Source: a bacterium
GTDB lineage: Bacteria > SM23-31 > JAUVVT01
DNA length: 64,000 nucleotides
Assembly: GCA_030616165.1 (NCBI GenBank)
Contig: JAUWXV010000001.1
Span: 17,843 to 81,842, forward strand
Reading direction: 5' to 3'
In this document: piece by piece, positions 1 through 11,495 of the stretch
How the letters are laid out: the number at the start of each line of letters is the position of its first letter
Numbering within the stretch: position 1 is the stretch's first letter
Notes under the pieces: model-generated
The model's input: only the letters and a program-made list of their open reading frames with translations
The model's database searches: none
Told to the model about the DNA's origin: nothing
Program-made: the position numbers and the translations under genes

Positions 1-121
1 CGAAAATTTTTTGGAAATTTTTTAAAAAAGTTGCTAATTTGAAAATCTGTCAATGGTTTGTGAAATAAAATAGTTACAGAATATATTAAATATTAATTTC
101 AAATTAAAATATCGATAAAAA

Positions 122-1096
122 ATGAGAGCAATAATACCTGCGGCTGGAGTCGGGTCAAGAATGAGACCTCATACTTATACCACAACAAAAATTCTTATAA
201 AGGTGGGTGAAAAGACAATTATTGATTACATATTCGAAAAACTTATAACTAACGGCATCGATGAAATCGCTATGATACTCAGTCCTGACGGCGATAGGGT
301 AAAATCATATATAAAAAACAGATATTCCGTAAAAACAAAGTTTTTTTTCCAATCCGAACTTAAAGGTATCGCCCACGCAGTGAGTATGGCATCAAATGAA
401 CTCAACAATGAACCAGTTTTGATAATTCTTGGAGATACTATATTTGAAGGTGATTTAAAAAAGTTACTAGAAAGTGAATACAGTAGTTTAGGTGTAAAAG
501 AAATAGAGAATCCAGAAAAATTCGGCGTAGCAGTTGTTGATGATAATGATTTTGTAAAAAGAGTTGAAGAAAAGCCCGATACTTTCGTTAGCAACCTTGC
601 TCTGATTGGAATATATTTTTTCAAAAATGGGGCTAAACTAAAAAATTCTATTAAATATTTGATTAAAAATAATATCACTACCAAAGGTGAATACCAGATT
701 ACAGATGCAATCCAAAATATGATTGAAAATGGTGAAAAAATCACTGCATTCAAAATCGAAGACTGGTATGATTGTGGAAATCCTAAAAACATTCTCTCAA
801 CAAACAGGTATATCCTTACAAAATATCCCAAAAAATCTTTCACAACTAATTCAGCAGTTATTGACCCATGTTATATTTCTCCAAATGCGGAAATCATTAA
901 TTCAGTTATTGGACCTTATGTAACAATCGGAGATGGAACAAAAGTTATTAATTCAATTATTAAAGACTCAATTGTTGGAGAGAATTCTCATATAGAATAT
1001 TTGATTCTTAAAGATTCAATCATAGGAAATAACGCATTCATAAAAAGTAAAGAATCATCACTAAATATAGGCGATACTACTAAAATTACTTTTTGA
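122..1096 (+). CDS. sugar-1-phosphate nucleotidyltransferase with C-terminal left-handed beta-helix (hexapeptide repeat) domain
   Basis: N-terminus MRAIIPAAGVGSRMRP is the canonical NTP-transferase G-x-G-x-R loop. The C-terminal third has I/V-G hexapeptide periodicity (IGPYVTIGDGTKVINSIIKDSIVGENS). Confidence 0.7.
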   Translation: MRAIIPAAGVGSRMRPHTYTTTKILIKVGEKTIIDYIFEKLITNGIDEIAMILSPDGDRVKSYIKNRYSVKTKFFFQSELKGIAHAVSMASNELNNEPVLIILGDTIFEGDLKKLLESEYSSLGVKEIENPEKFGVAVVDDNDFVKRVEEKPDTFVSNLALIGIYFFKNGAKLKNSIKYLIKNNITTKGEYQITDAIQNMIENGEKITAFKIEDWYDCGNPKNILSTNRYILTKYPKKSFTTNSAVIDPCYISPNAEIINSVIGPYVTIGDGTKVINSIIKDSIVGENSHIEYLILKDSIIGNNAFIKSKESSLNIGDTTKITF

Positions 1097-1172
1097 AAAA
1101 GTTTTTAAATACCAGAACATTTAAAAAAGATAATATTAAACAAACACCACCAAACTATTACAGGAGTGAACA

Positions 1173-2309
1173 ATGTCTTCATTTGTCTTTACTTCCGAAT
1201 CAGTAACTGAAGGACATCCAGACAAGATAGCGGATCAAATTTCAGATGGTGTTTTGGATGCTGTTCTAAAAGAGGACAGCTTCGGAAGAGTTGCCTGTGA
1301 AACTTTTGTCACAACAGGATTAGTTATGATTGGGGGAGAAATAACTACAAAAGCACATCTTGATATTTCAAAAATTGCAAGGGATATTATAAAAGATATT
1401 GGCTATACAAACGGAAAGTGGGGATTAGACTACGAAAGCTGTGCAATTATTCAGAGTATAAACCAACAATCTCCCGACATAGCATTAGGCGTTGACAAAG
1501 AGGGCGCAGGAGATCAAGGACTGATGTTTGGATATGCCACAGATGAAACCAGAGAACTTATGCCTCTTCCGATATTATTAGCCCATAAATTAGCAAAAAG
1601 ACTCTCGGTTGTGAGAAAAAATAAAATCATTCCATACCTCCGTCCAGATGGGAAAACCCAGCTCTCTATTCGATACCAGGATGATAAAGCAGTTCGTATA
1701 GAAAATGTCGTGATTGCTGCACAGCATGAACCAGATATTGACCAGGAGCAAATTCAAAAGGATATAAAAGAGAAGGTAATTTTTGAAATCCTTCCAAAAG
1801 ACCTTACAGGTGAAAATGAAGTAATTTGTCATATTAATTCAACGGGAAAATTTGTTATAGGAGGTCCTCAAGGTGATGCAGGTTTGACAGGCAGAAAAAT
1901 TATGGTTGATACTTATGGAGGATATGGCAGACATGGGGGAGGGTGCTTTTCTGGAAAAGATCCCACCAAAGTTGATAGGTCAGGCTCTTATGCTGCAAGA
2001 TGGGCTGCGAAAAACATCGTTGCAAGCGGACTCGCAAAAAAATGTGAACTCCAGATTGCCTATGTTATAGGGGAGAAAGAACCTGTTTCAATTATGGTTA
2101 ATACATACGGAACAGGTCTAATTAGCGATAGAGAAATTACAAATCTGGTTAAAAAAACATTTGATTTTACACCAGGAGGTATCATAGAAAGACTAAAACT
2201 TAGAAGACCCATATACCGGAAAACAGCCGTTTATGGACATTTCGGGAGAGAAGAAGAAGATTTCACCTGGGAGAAGACCGACCGAGTCGAAGACCTTAAA
2301 CACACATAA
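1173..2309 (+). CDS. metK: S-adenosylmethionine synthetase
   Basis: [21 protein letters not shown]-terminal signature and [16 protein letters not shown] motif; 378 aa; SD-like GGAG upstream. Confidence 0.95.
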   Translation: MSSFVFTSESVTEGHPDKIADQISDGVLDAVLKEDSFGRVACETFVTTGLVMIGGEITTKAHLDISKIARDIIKDIGYTNGKWGLDYESCAIIQSINQQSPDIALGVDKEGAGDQGLMFGYATDETRELMPLPILLAHKLAKRLSVVRKNKIIPYLRPDGKTQLSIRYQDDKAVRIENVVIAAQHEPDIDQEQIQKDIKEKVIFEILPKDLTGENEVICHINSTGKFVIGGPQGDAGLTGRKIMVDTYGGYGRHGGGCFSGKDPTKVDRSGSYAARWAAKNIVASGLAKKCELQIAYVIGEKEPVSIMVNTYGTGLISDREITNLVKKTFDFTPGGIIERLKLRRPIYRKTAVYGHFGREEEDFTWEKTDRVEDLKHT

Positions 2310-2318
2310 CTCTTATAA

Positions 2319-3623
<1,305 letters not shown>

Positions 3624-3650
3624 TTTCTTTTTTAAATTATTACTAAAAAA

Positions 3651-3680
3651 AAAGAGAACATAAATGTTCTCTTTTTTTCA
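3651..3680 (+). terminator. Rho-independent terminator after ahcY
   Basis: agagaacat..atgttctct hairpin followed by a T7 run. Confidence 0.55.
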
Positions 3681-3724
3681 TTTTAAATTTCAAACTATCT
3701 CTTTCGTAAAAATAAGGAACTATA

Positions 3725-4525
3725 ATGGCAGAGTGTTTGTATATATTCGATAATCTTGAAGAAATATCAAGGAAAATAAAATCATCCGAAAAGATACTAT
3801 TAGGGATGGACCATGATGGGACTCTTGCAGAAATTATAACAACAATGCAGGAAGCAAGAATGACTGAACAAATGAAAAATGTTGTCCATTCTCTATGCAA
3901 AAATCCTAAAATACATATTGCAATTGTGAGCGGAAGGAAAATTAGTAATCTAAAAGATGTTGTAAAAATAGAAATTAAAAATATCTTTTACGTTGGGAAT
4001 CATGGTTTCGAGATTGAAGGATATGGAAAAGATTACACTTTTGAAGACAAAAGTATTTTAAAAAAAATAAAAAAAATTGCTCAAGATATAGAAAAACCAT
4101 TTAAGGATATTGATGGTTTTGATATAGAAAAAAAGGGATGTACAACCAGTTTTCATTTTAGAAAAGTAAAACCAGGAGACCAGGATTTTGTCAGAAATGA
4201 GATTTTAAGGGCACTTAAAAAATATAAAGATATCAGAATAGTCGAAGGCAAAAAACTATTCAATATCCGCCCTGATGTAAATATTAATAAAGGGATTGCT
4301 GTTAACATTATTGGTAATCATTTTTATAAAAATGATTGGAGAAAACACATTACCGTAATATATATCGGCGATGATAATTCCGATGAAGATGCATTCAAAA
4401 TCCTTGAAGATAAAGACATTGGAATAGTAGTTAATAAAAGCCCGCCAGAAGATACAAATGCAAAATATTACTTAAAAAGTGTAAAAGAGGTGGAAGATTT
4501 TCTTAAGTTGGTGAATGAAATTTAA
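3725..4525 (+). CDS. otsB: HAD-family trehalose-6-phosphate phosphatase-like hydrolase
   Basis: LLGMDHDGTL (DxDGT motif I) and IYIGDDNSDEDAF (motif IV) are typical of the T6PP subfamily. Confidence 0.6.
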   Translation: MAECLYIFDNLEEISRKIKSSEKILLGMDHDGTLAEIITTMQEARMTEQMKNVVHSLCKNPKIHIAIVSGRKISNLKDVVKIEIKNIFYVGNHGFEIEGYGKDYTFEDKSILKKIKKIAQDIEKPFKDIDGFDIEKKGCTTSFHFRKVKPGDQDFVRNEILRALKKYKDIRIVEGKKLFNIRPDVNINKGIAVNIIGNHFYKNDWRKHITVIYIGDDNSDEDAFKILEDKDIGIVVNKSPPEDTNAKYYLKSVKEVEDFLKLVNEI

Positions 4526-4531
4526 TGTTTT

Positions 4532-5476
4532 TTATTTTTGCTCTGGAGTTGTAATAAATTTATGTTCTAATTTAATAAATGCTTTTCCTTTATGATTTTC
4601 TATAATTTTAACTGCATCTGTACCTATGAATGTATGAGTAGTCGCGTGGAAAATAGATAGATATAAATCTTGGATTTTGGGATTGGATTCCAAATTTTCT
4701 ATTTTTAATTTCATTTCTTTTGCCTGTTCTCTAGATATATGGCGAGAATGACTTTTTAAATCAGACCGAGATAATTCTTCTGAAATTTCATTTGCCTTTT
4801 TTGATGCGTCTTTTTCACCCTTAAACATATAATTTTCTAACCAATTTTTTAATAAGTCTTTAGACAAATTTATTGCATTTTTACATTCCATTAATAATGA
4901 AGGACCATATTGAGGAAGAATTGGTATCCAAACCCCTAACATATCAGGATTTTTGCATTCTTCTACTGCAAAATTAAATTGATCTAATATAGCATTAGCT
5001 GGTACTAATATATTTCCAAATTGAGTAGGAATAACCATTTGTGGGTCTATAGGTCCAATAAATGAATGTTTGCCCATTATAATGATATCTGAACCACAGG
5101 CAAGCATTGTTGCAGCTGACATTGCTAAATTAGGTATAATAACTCGAATATGAGTATATTTTGTTCGTAAATAACTCAATATAGCTTCAGCAGACTCTGC
5201 GCTTCCTCCAGGACTGTGAATTATCAAATCTAAATTCGAGCCCTTTAAACCATGCATTACTTCCATTAATCCCTGAATATCTTCATCATTAATACTGATA
5301 AATTCAGGGTTGTCAACTTTACCTTGAGTAAATTTTGAAGCATAAAGAATTGTATCTCGTTTAGTCTCTCTGTAAACATTACTTAAGTATTTGCGTCTTA
5401 ATCTATCATATGGAGCTGGATCTTTATCATCTATTAATTTTTTAATTTCATTAAGAATTTCACTCCATGTTGGCAT
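4532..5476 (-). CDS. ClpP-fold serine protease of the S49/SDH (serine dehydrogenase proteinase) family
   Basis: IHSPGGSAESAEAI motif around the catalytic Ser, similar to the SppA/SDH families. Confidence 0.5.
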   Translation of the reverse strand: MPTWSEILNEIKKLIDDKDPAPYDRLRRKYLSNVYRETKRDTILYASKFTQGKVDNPEFISINDEDIQGLMEVMHGLKGSNLDLIIHSPGGSAESAEAILSYLRTKYTHIRVIIPNLAMSAATMLACGSDIIIMGKHSFIGPIDPQMVIPTQFGNILVPANAILDQFNFAVEECKNPDMLGVWIPILPQYGPSLLMECKNAINLSKDLLKNWLENYMFKGEKDASKKANEISEELSRSDLKSHSRHISREQAKEMKLKIENLESNPKIQDLYLSIFHATTHTFIGTDAVKIIENHKGKAFIKLEHKFITTPEQK

Positions 5477-5837
5477 CTATAATAAAATTCCTTATATTTA
5501 ATGAATAATATTTCAAATACCAAAAATCAGTTTTTATATGAAAATAATCTATTATTATGTTGAAGAAGAGTTTTGAATTCTAGATCTATTTTTATAATAT
5601 TGGTACATAATTTTAAAATAAGAATTATATTTAAAATTAATTTTAGAATATTTATTATAAATATCCATATAATCAGCAACACCCGGGTTTTTCATTGCCT
5701 CATCTAACATTCTTTCTTCTTCATTTTCTATTTTAGATTTAGTTATTTTATTTTTCATTTTAGACCTTTAATTAATTTTAATAATTTAAATTCAATAATT
5801 TAATATATTATAATATCGACAAAAATCAAAGAGTTTT

Positions 5838-6692
5838 TTAAAATTTTATAAAATAAGATTGAAAACTATGATTCAATTTCTTCATAAAAATCACCATGGT
5901 GCTGTACATAACATAACATTCAATTGCAAATACTGGAAATCCTAAATATCCAACAACCGGCATTTCAAAAATCTTAACATCGCCCCAATAAGGTACAGTG
6001 TAAATCCACTTTGTATACGCCCAGAAATTCCAGAACTCCCATAGTATCCCGCATATAATCCCTGCGGTGAAGTGTGTGAGAAATTTCTGACTGCTTCCAC
6101 TCTTTAACTCCCTTATAAAAGAACCTCCATTTAATAAATAATTGATAGGTTCAAGGAAAAATATAAAACCAGTCCAGACAATTGGTGCGTAATATTCAGA
6201 AGGATTTACAAATGGTAAAATAAGAAATATGAAACCAATAAAAATAATTACAATTAACCATAATCTTTTAGGTTCAAATTCACGGAAAGAACAATTCTTA
6301 AAAATACCAAAACTCTCAAGCAGGTCTCTTGTCTCAAATATGGCAGGATAAATAGTGGAAAATGACCAGCAGTAGCCAATATACCTTATAGGCAGATTTT
6401 CAGGAAGATTTACATAATGCCAGTTTTTAATAAAAAGATTGTATCCTTCAAATATAAGCCAGAATCCAACAGATAGAAAAAGCAGAATTACAAATTCTTT
6501 AAAATGATGTGATATAAAAGATTCCCCCTTATTTCTATATATTATACTGTCGATAAAAAGTATATATCCCGACCAAACCAATGGAGTAAACCAGACTCCA
6601 ATGATTTGATTATCAAAAAATAAAGCAATCTCGGCAAATATTATAATAAATAAACCAGCAAAACCGTAAATGTAAACAATCCTTTTTTTCAT
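5838..6692 (-). CDS. polytopic integral membrane protein (function unknown)
   Basis: Multiple hydrophobic helices and an aromatic-rich sequence. Lies 6 bp downstream of the kinase gene on the same strand. Confidence 0.45.
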   Translation of the reverse strand: MKKRIVYIYGFAGLFIIIFAEIALFFDNQIIGVWFTPLVWSGYILFIDSIIYRNKGESFISHHFKEFVILLFLSVGFWLIFEGYNLFIKNWHYVNLPENLPIRYIGYCWSFSTIYPAIFETRDLLESFGIFKNCSFREFEPKRLWLIVIIFIGFIFLILPFVNPSEYYAPIVWTGFIFFLEPINYLLNGGSFIRELKSGSSQKFLTHFTAGIICGILWEFWNFWAYTKWIYTVPYWGDVKIFEMPVVGYLGFPVFAIECYVMYSTMVIFMKKLNHSFQSYFIKF

Positions 6693-6697
6693 TTATC

Positions 6698-8059
6698 CTA
6701 TTTGATGTTTTTTTCCGCAGCCAGAATCAAGTTCTTAACAATCTTATTAGAGGGATCTTTTTCAAGCACGCTCTTCCATTCTCTAACCGCTTCACTGTAT
6801 ATATCAGCCTGAAAATACATTTTACCAAGGTTAATTTTATATTCTAAGTTATCTGGGTTAAGCCTGACCGCAATCTCCCAGGAAATTATGGATTTATCAA
6901 GCATTCCCAATTCAGAGTATATCCTACCAAGATAAGGATATGCCCTTGGATTATCCGGTTTGAGTTTTACTGCCTTTTCTAAAAATATTCTCGCCTGATT
7001 ATACTCTCCGTAACCTAAATTAAAAAGTTCCACACCCTTCTGTAGCAGTTCTTCCTGATTCTCACTCCTTTTGAAAAACTCTATACTTCTAAACCTCTGA
7101 TAAATACTTAAAAATTCATCCTTTTTCAAATATCCGATAGTAATGATAAAAACAAATAATAAAAAGGCAAAAGTAACTTTTAATGAAGTTCGAGATTTCT
7201 TAACTCTTTTTATTTTGAATTTTGAGATTTTGGATTTTTGGTAAAGTTTTTTCAAATCATTTTTTAACTGATTAATATCTTTATAGCGGGATGAAGGAAC
7301 GATTTCCGTCGATCTTTTTATAATATGAGTAAAATTCTCAGACCAGGGGCAATCTAAATATTTTTCAGGGAGTTCGGTTATCTGACCACCTGGTGGGGGC
7401 ACAATCTTGGTAATCGTTGTATAAATTGTTTTTCCAAGCGAGTATATATCGACCTGAGAGGTGATTGGTTTAGATTTGCTTATCTGTTCGGGGGCGGCGT
7501 ATGCAGGAGCTCCAACAACTGAAGAAATCATATCTTCATCAGAATAAAACTTTGCTATGCCGAAATCGACAATCTTAACAATCTTCCCCTCATACACAAG
7601 AATATTATCGGGTTTAATATCCCTGTGAATTATCTTATTTTTATGAAGAAATGCAAGCCCCTCACATACCTGAAGGCTGAAGTTTATATGCTGGTTGAAT
7701 GTATATTCTTTACTCAGAATATTACCATGAGGAATAAACTCAGTAATAAGATAAAAACTGGGCATACCATCTACGTCAACAATAGTTCCAAAATCCTCAA
7801 TCTTTATAATATACCTGTGATTAAGTTCCATCAATATTTTTATCTCAGCCTGAAAATCGTTTATAACCCTATCGAACTTTCTAATAATACTGGGTTTCAG
7901 AACCTTTACTGCAAATTTCTTTCTGGTCTTTGCCTTAACTGCAAGATATACCTCAGCAAAAGTATTTCTTATATCTCTACTCAGCGGTGTGCTTTTCAGT
8001 ATCATGTATTCGTCGTGCTCGCCAAATATAAATCCTGCTGGAAAATTTAACTCAGTCAT
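6698..8059 (-). CDS. Ser/Thr protein kinase (Hanks-type) with a transmembrane segment and C-terminal TPR repeats
   Basis: HRDIKPDNILV catalytic loop, DFGIAK, APE motif. TM helix FAFLLFVFIITIGYL, followed by TPR-like repeats (ARIFLEKAVKLKPDNPRAYPYLGRIYSELG...). Confidence 0.9.
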   Translation of the reverse strand: MTELNFPAGFIFGEHDEYMILKSTPLSRDIRNTFAEVYLAVKAKTRKKFAVKVLKPSIIRKFDRVINDFQAEIKILMELNHRYIIKIEDFGTIVDVDGMPSFYLITEFIPHGNILSKEYTFNQHINFSLQVCEGLAFLHKNKIIHRDIKPDNILVYEGKIVKIVDFGIAKFYSDEDMISSVVGAPAYAAPEQISKSKPITSQVDIYSLGKTIYTTITKIVPPPGGQITELPEKYLDCPWSENFTHIIKRSTEIVPSSRYKDINQLKNDLKKLYQKSKISKFKIKRVKKSRTSLKVTFAFLLFVFIITIGYLKKDEFLSIYQRFRSIEFFKRSENQEELLQKGVELFNLGYGEYNQARIFLEKAVKLKPDNPRAYPYLGRIYSELGMLDKSIISWEIAVRLNPDNLEYKINLGKMYFQADIYSEAVREWKSVLEKDPSNKIVKNLILAAEKNIK

Positions 8060-8081
8060 AAATATATTTTTTTAAAATCTT

Positions 8082-8801
8082 TTATTTATTATCAATTAGT
8101 TCAGGTTTGGGTGACTTTGAGATTACTTCAAATTCCCCGATAAAAAGGTATTCTCCCGTTTTTTCCTTATACTCTTCATGAATTACATTTTTCAATCCCA
8201 CAGATTTTTCCATTACTGTTAATCTCCTGAAATCTTTAATAAGATTAATATTTTTAAGGATTGTTTCTGATTCAAAACTAATTCCTGCCTGAATAGATGC
8301 ATTTTCTATAGCATTCCTGATTGCTTCATCTCTGTCTGCCATTCTGCCGTTTTTCCTTTCATCAGAATACCCCTTTGCAATAACAATTTTCACATTGTCA
8401 GTGGGCTCTTTGGTTAGAGAATGAATCTTCTTCTGATCTGTTGTGATGAGTTCCGAATCTCCTATAAAGGGGGTAAAATTTACGGTGCAGCCCTCGGGTG
8501 GGAACTTCAAACCTTTATGAAGGCATATCCCTTTTATTGTTTTTTCTACCGTCTGATTTGGTGGTATAATAACAAACCCAGCCCCTGATGTAATAATTAT
8601 ACTCTGATAATAAGAGGCATCAACCTTTGCTATCTCAAGAATTCTTCCTTTTTCGAGATTTAACTTTTTCCAGTTATTTGAGTTATTCTTAAATGTTATA
8701 GTCAGAGTAAAATCGGTTGCATGGATACCTTTTAAAGGGGAAAAAGACAATATAATAATTAAAATAAATATTTTTTTAAAAAACATATATGTTCCCTTCA
8801 T
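8082..8801 (-). CDS. secreted hypothetical protein
   Basis: N-terminal signal peptide (FFKKIFILIIILSFSPLKG). ATGA overlap with the upstream HEAT-repeat gene. Confidence 0.45.
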   Translation of the reverse strand: MKGTYMFFKKIFILIIILSFSPLKGIHATDFTLTITFKNNSNNWKKLNLEKGRILEIAKVDASYYQSIIITSGAGFVIIPPNQTVEKTIKGICLHKGLKFPPEGCTVNFTPFIGDSELITTDQKKIHSLTKEPTDNVKIVIAKGYSDERKNGRMADRDEAIRNAIENASIQAGISFESETILKNINLIKDFRRLTVMEKSVGLKNVIHEEYKEKTGEYLFIGEFEVISKSPKPELIDNK

Positions 8802-9757
8802 TTTAACACGACTTTATCGACGATGACATTTATTTCAACATCATCATCAATTTTATTAATAGCCTGATTTGCAGCCGAACTTTCTTTGAGACTGAATTTA
8901 ATCCTCATTGCAGAAAGGTTCGGAAAAATCAGTTTTTCCCCATCGGTCTCTAACTCCATTAAATCAACCCTGCGTTCCATATCAAGGGATATAAAATTAT
9001 GCTTTCTCCAGAATGCGAGTATTGTATTCATACCCGCTTTTTTGAATTCGGGAGCGGAATATACCCTGTAAGCAACTTCTCCGTAAGTATCTCCAAAAAA
9101 CGTAGGCAGACTAATAGTAGTAGGATATCTACTTTGAGCCCCATCTGGCAGAAGGTAATCCTTCTTAAAATCCTGAATACGCTTGATACGTTCCTTTATT
9201 AATTGATTAATCTTTTTAACTCCAGTAGAATATCCAGGAACAGTCTTAACTTTAAAAACAGGAGTTCCAAAATATACTATAAGTAATAAAGAAATAATAA
9301 ATAATAAAGAAATACCAATTATGACAAGCAGTGGTGATTTTTTCTGGTAAGGATAGAACTCCTCTTCAAGTAAATCTTCTGTTTTTTCTTTTTCAGGTAA
9401 CTCAATCTCCTTTTTATATACCTTTTCTATAATTTCGTTCTTGATTTTTGACTTCAATTCCTGATATGAAACCTTCTTAAAATTTTCAAAAGCAATAGAA
9501 GCAGCAACCCTCACACCTTTATCTTTATCAAATCCCTTTAACTTGCCTATTTTTTTAAGGGCTTTTTCATTTCCCATAACACCCAGTACCATTACCGCAT
9601 TTAATCTTACTTCGGGATTTTTATTTTTAAGGAGTGACATAACCTCCTTTACAAATTCAATTTCACTGCTTACACAAATTAAAGTTCCTGCCCTCTCCAT
9701 GGATTCTTTGTCTCCAGAGCCAAGTTCGTCCACCAAAAATTTAATTCTCTTATCCAT
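8798..9757 (-). CDS. HEAT-repeat (PBS-lyase-like) protein with a single TM helix
   Basis: NPEVRLNAVMVLGVMGNEKALKKI...DKDKGVRVAASIAF HEAT-like repeats; central hydrophobic helix LLVIIGISLLFIISLLLIVYF. Confidence 0.5.
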   Translation of the reverse strand: MDKRIKFLVDELGSGDKESMERAGTLICVSSEIEFVKEVMSLLKNKNPEVRLNAVMVLGVMGNEKALKKIGKLKGFDKDKGVRVAASIAFENFKKVSYQELKSKIKNEIIEKVYKKEIELPEKEKTEDLLEEEFYPYQKKSPLLVIIGISLLFIISLLLIVYFGTPVFKVKTVPGYSTGVKKINQLIKERIKRIQDFKKDYLLPDGAQSRYPTTISLPTFFGDTYGEVAYRVYSAPEFKKAGMNTILAFWRKHNFISLDMERRVDLMELETDGEKLIFPNLSAMRIKFSLKESSAANQAINKIDDDVEINVIVDKVVLK

Positions 9758-9857
9758 AATAATTTTCTTCCTTTTTAATTTTACTTTCTCTTGAAAAAGA
9801 ACCTGCTTTCTTTGAAAAAAAATAGGCTCCGCTTAAGGCGGATAAGAAACTTTATGC

Positions 9858-11177
9858 TCATTTCCTCAAGTACTCTTGTGATGAATGAGAAATGGTTAAA
9901 TTTTTTTCCATCTCAGAAGCAGCCATAATAAATCCAACCATAAAAGAGAAAGTCAGGTAAGCAAATCCTCCTTTACTTAAGAAGGGGAGTGGAATCCCTG
10001 TCAAAGGTATCAAATTTATCACACCTCCAATGTTAACAAAAGTTTGAATACCGATAATAATACTGAAACCCAAAACACAATACCTGACAAAATTATCACT
10101 GCATTTGAATCCTGTTATTAATCCCGAAATCAACAAAGAAAAATATATCAAAATTAAAGAAAGTGTTCCAATAAATCCTATTTCTTCTGCATGAACATAA
10201 TAAATGAAATCAGTGCTGGATTTCGGTTTTAAATCAGTATAACCCATCCCAAAACCGACTCCAAATAAGCCACCCGAATGAACCGCAAATAGAGAATTTA
10301 ACGGCTGATATATCCTGCTGAACCATTCAGTGGATGGAAATCCATTCCAGAAGTCAGTCCAGATTTCAAATCGTGCAACTACATATTCAGGCAAAAACCT
10401 GTATAAAAATGGAATTATATAAATAATAAAAAATATAAACAAAACACCACTAAAAAAATATACAAACTTTCCAGATACAGCAAAAAACAAAAATAAAATA
10501 AATAAACTAAATATTATAATCTGCCCCAAATCTCCCATCGCTATAAACAATATCTGTGGAATAATCCATAAAAGAAAAATAGGACAAATTATAATCAAAA
10601 TCAAAACAAAAAAATTGTTTTTCTTAATAAAAATTATCGAATATTCACTTAAAAACCCTCCTATTACAAAAACTATCGGAATCTTTGCAAGTTCCCAGGG
10701 CGTTCTCGAAAAAAGAAATTTTTCTCCGATTATATTGGAAATGATTGACCAAATAAATAAACACAAAATAGTTGTACCAAATAAAAGATAATATCTCCTT
10801 TTTAATTTTGCAATCCAATTATTTCTAAAATAAAAAATAATAATCGGTATAAATAAAATACCAAGAATCAGGGATATAATAAAAGTAGAAAATAATCGAG
10901 TGGATGGAGAAGATAGAGCAAATCTGTAATTTAATGAGAGATTTATTCCAGTTAAAAAAGATATCACAATTAATGGTATGTAATTACCTTTAAACTTCAT
11001 AACCTTTAAAACAGCATAGACAATTAAGAATAACAGCATTATTGAAATATTTCTTATAAAGGGCGGAGTGCTCGCGAAGTTCCCAGTCAGAAAGGCTGAA
11101 TAATAAATCTCAAAATGTGCGAGAACAGTCATCATAATCGAGAGTATAATTAAGTATAATTCACATCTGTTTTTCAT
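9858..11177 (-). CDS. SEDS-family peptidoglycan glycosyltransferase (FtsW/RodA/SpoVE)
   Basis: About 10 TM helices. Conserved SEDS block HSGGLFGVGFGMG...DFIYYVHAEEIGFIGT. Confidence 0.75.
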   Translation of the reverse strand: MKNRCELYLIILSIMMTVLAHFEIYYSAFLTGNFASTPPFIRNISIMLLFLIVYAVLKVMKFKGNYIPLIVISFLTGINLSLNYRFALSSPSTRLFSTFIISLILGILFIPIIIFYFRNNWIAKLKRRYYLLFGTTILCLFIWSIISNIIGEKFLFSRTPWELAKIPIVFVIGGFLSEYSIIFIKKNNFFVLILIIICPIFLLWIIPQILFIAMGDLGQIIIFSLFILFLFFAVSGKFVYFFSGVLFIFFIIYIIPFLYRFLPEYVVARFEIWTDFWNGFPSTEWFSRIYQPLNSLFAVHSGGLFGVGFGMGYTDLKPKSSTDFIYYVHAEEIGFIGTLSLILIYFSLLISGLITGFKCSDNFVRYCVLGFSIIIGIQTFVNIGGVINLIPLTGIPLPFLSKGGFAYLTFSFMVGFIMAASEMEKNLTISHSSQEYLRK

Positions 11178-11495
11178 ATTTTTAATTTTAAGTTTTCTTT
11201 GCCACTTTCTTTTTTAAAAGAAAGTAGCATATTTAATAAAAATTAACTAAAGTCTATTAATTTAATCAACAGAACTTTGATAAATTTCTACTGTAGATAA
11301 TTCGAAACATTCTGAAACAAATAAAGGCTGACTGTCATGCTGAATCCTGTGCTGAACTTGATTCAGTATTATTTCAGCATCTTAGCAATTAATAAACAAT
11401 AGATTCCGTCCCTTGTAGGGGCGGTTCGTGAACCGCCCTTACCTGTGCTTTTGTGAATTAATAGAACCAATATATTTACAAAAAATAACAATTTT

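Noticed and set aside
226-843. 205-aa minus-strand ORF inside the nucleotidyltransferase gene. Similar antisense ORFs lie inside metK, ahcY, the PBP and kinase genes, and inside the GC-rich hydrolase gene (for example 19622-20239, 20576-21019).
   Set aside because: Fully nested antisense to longer ORFs with clear family motifs. Low-complexity hydrophobic translations. GC-rich genes naturally give long antisense ORFs.
1097-1172. SAM riboswitch upstream of metK (and upstream of the MetB-like gene at 37002-37248); TPP riboswitch upstream of thi4
   Set aside because: The metK leader is only about 75 nt and lacks the conserved SAM-I core. The 37002-37248 region is explained by a TIR-bounded MITE. 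The thi4-like gene has only a 25-nt leader.
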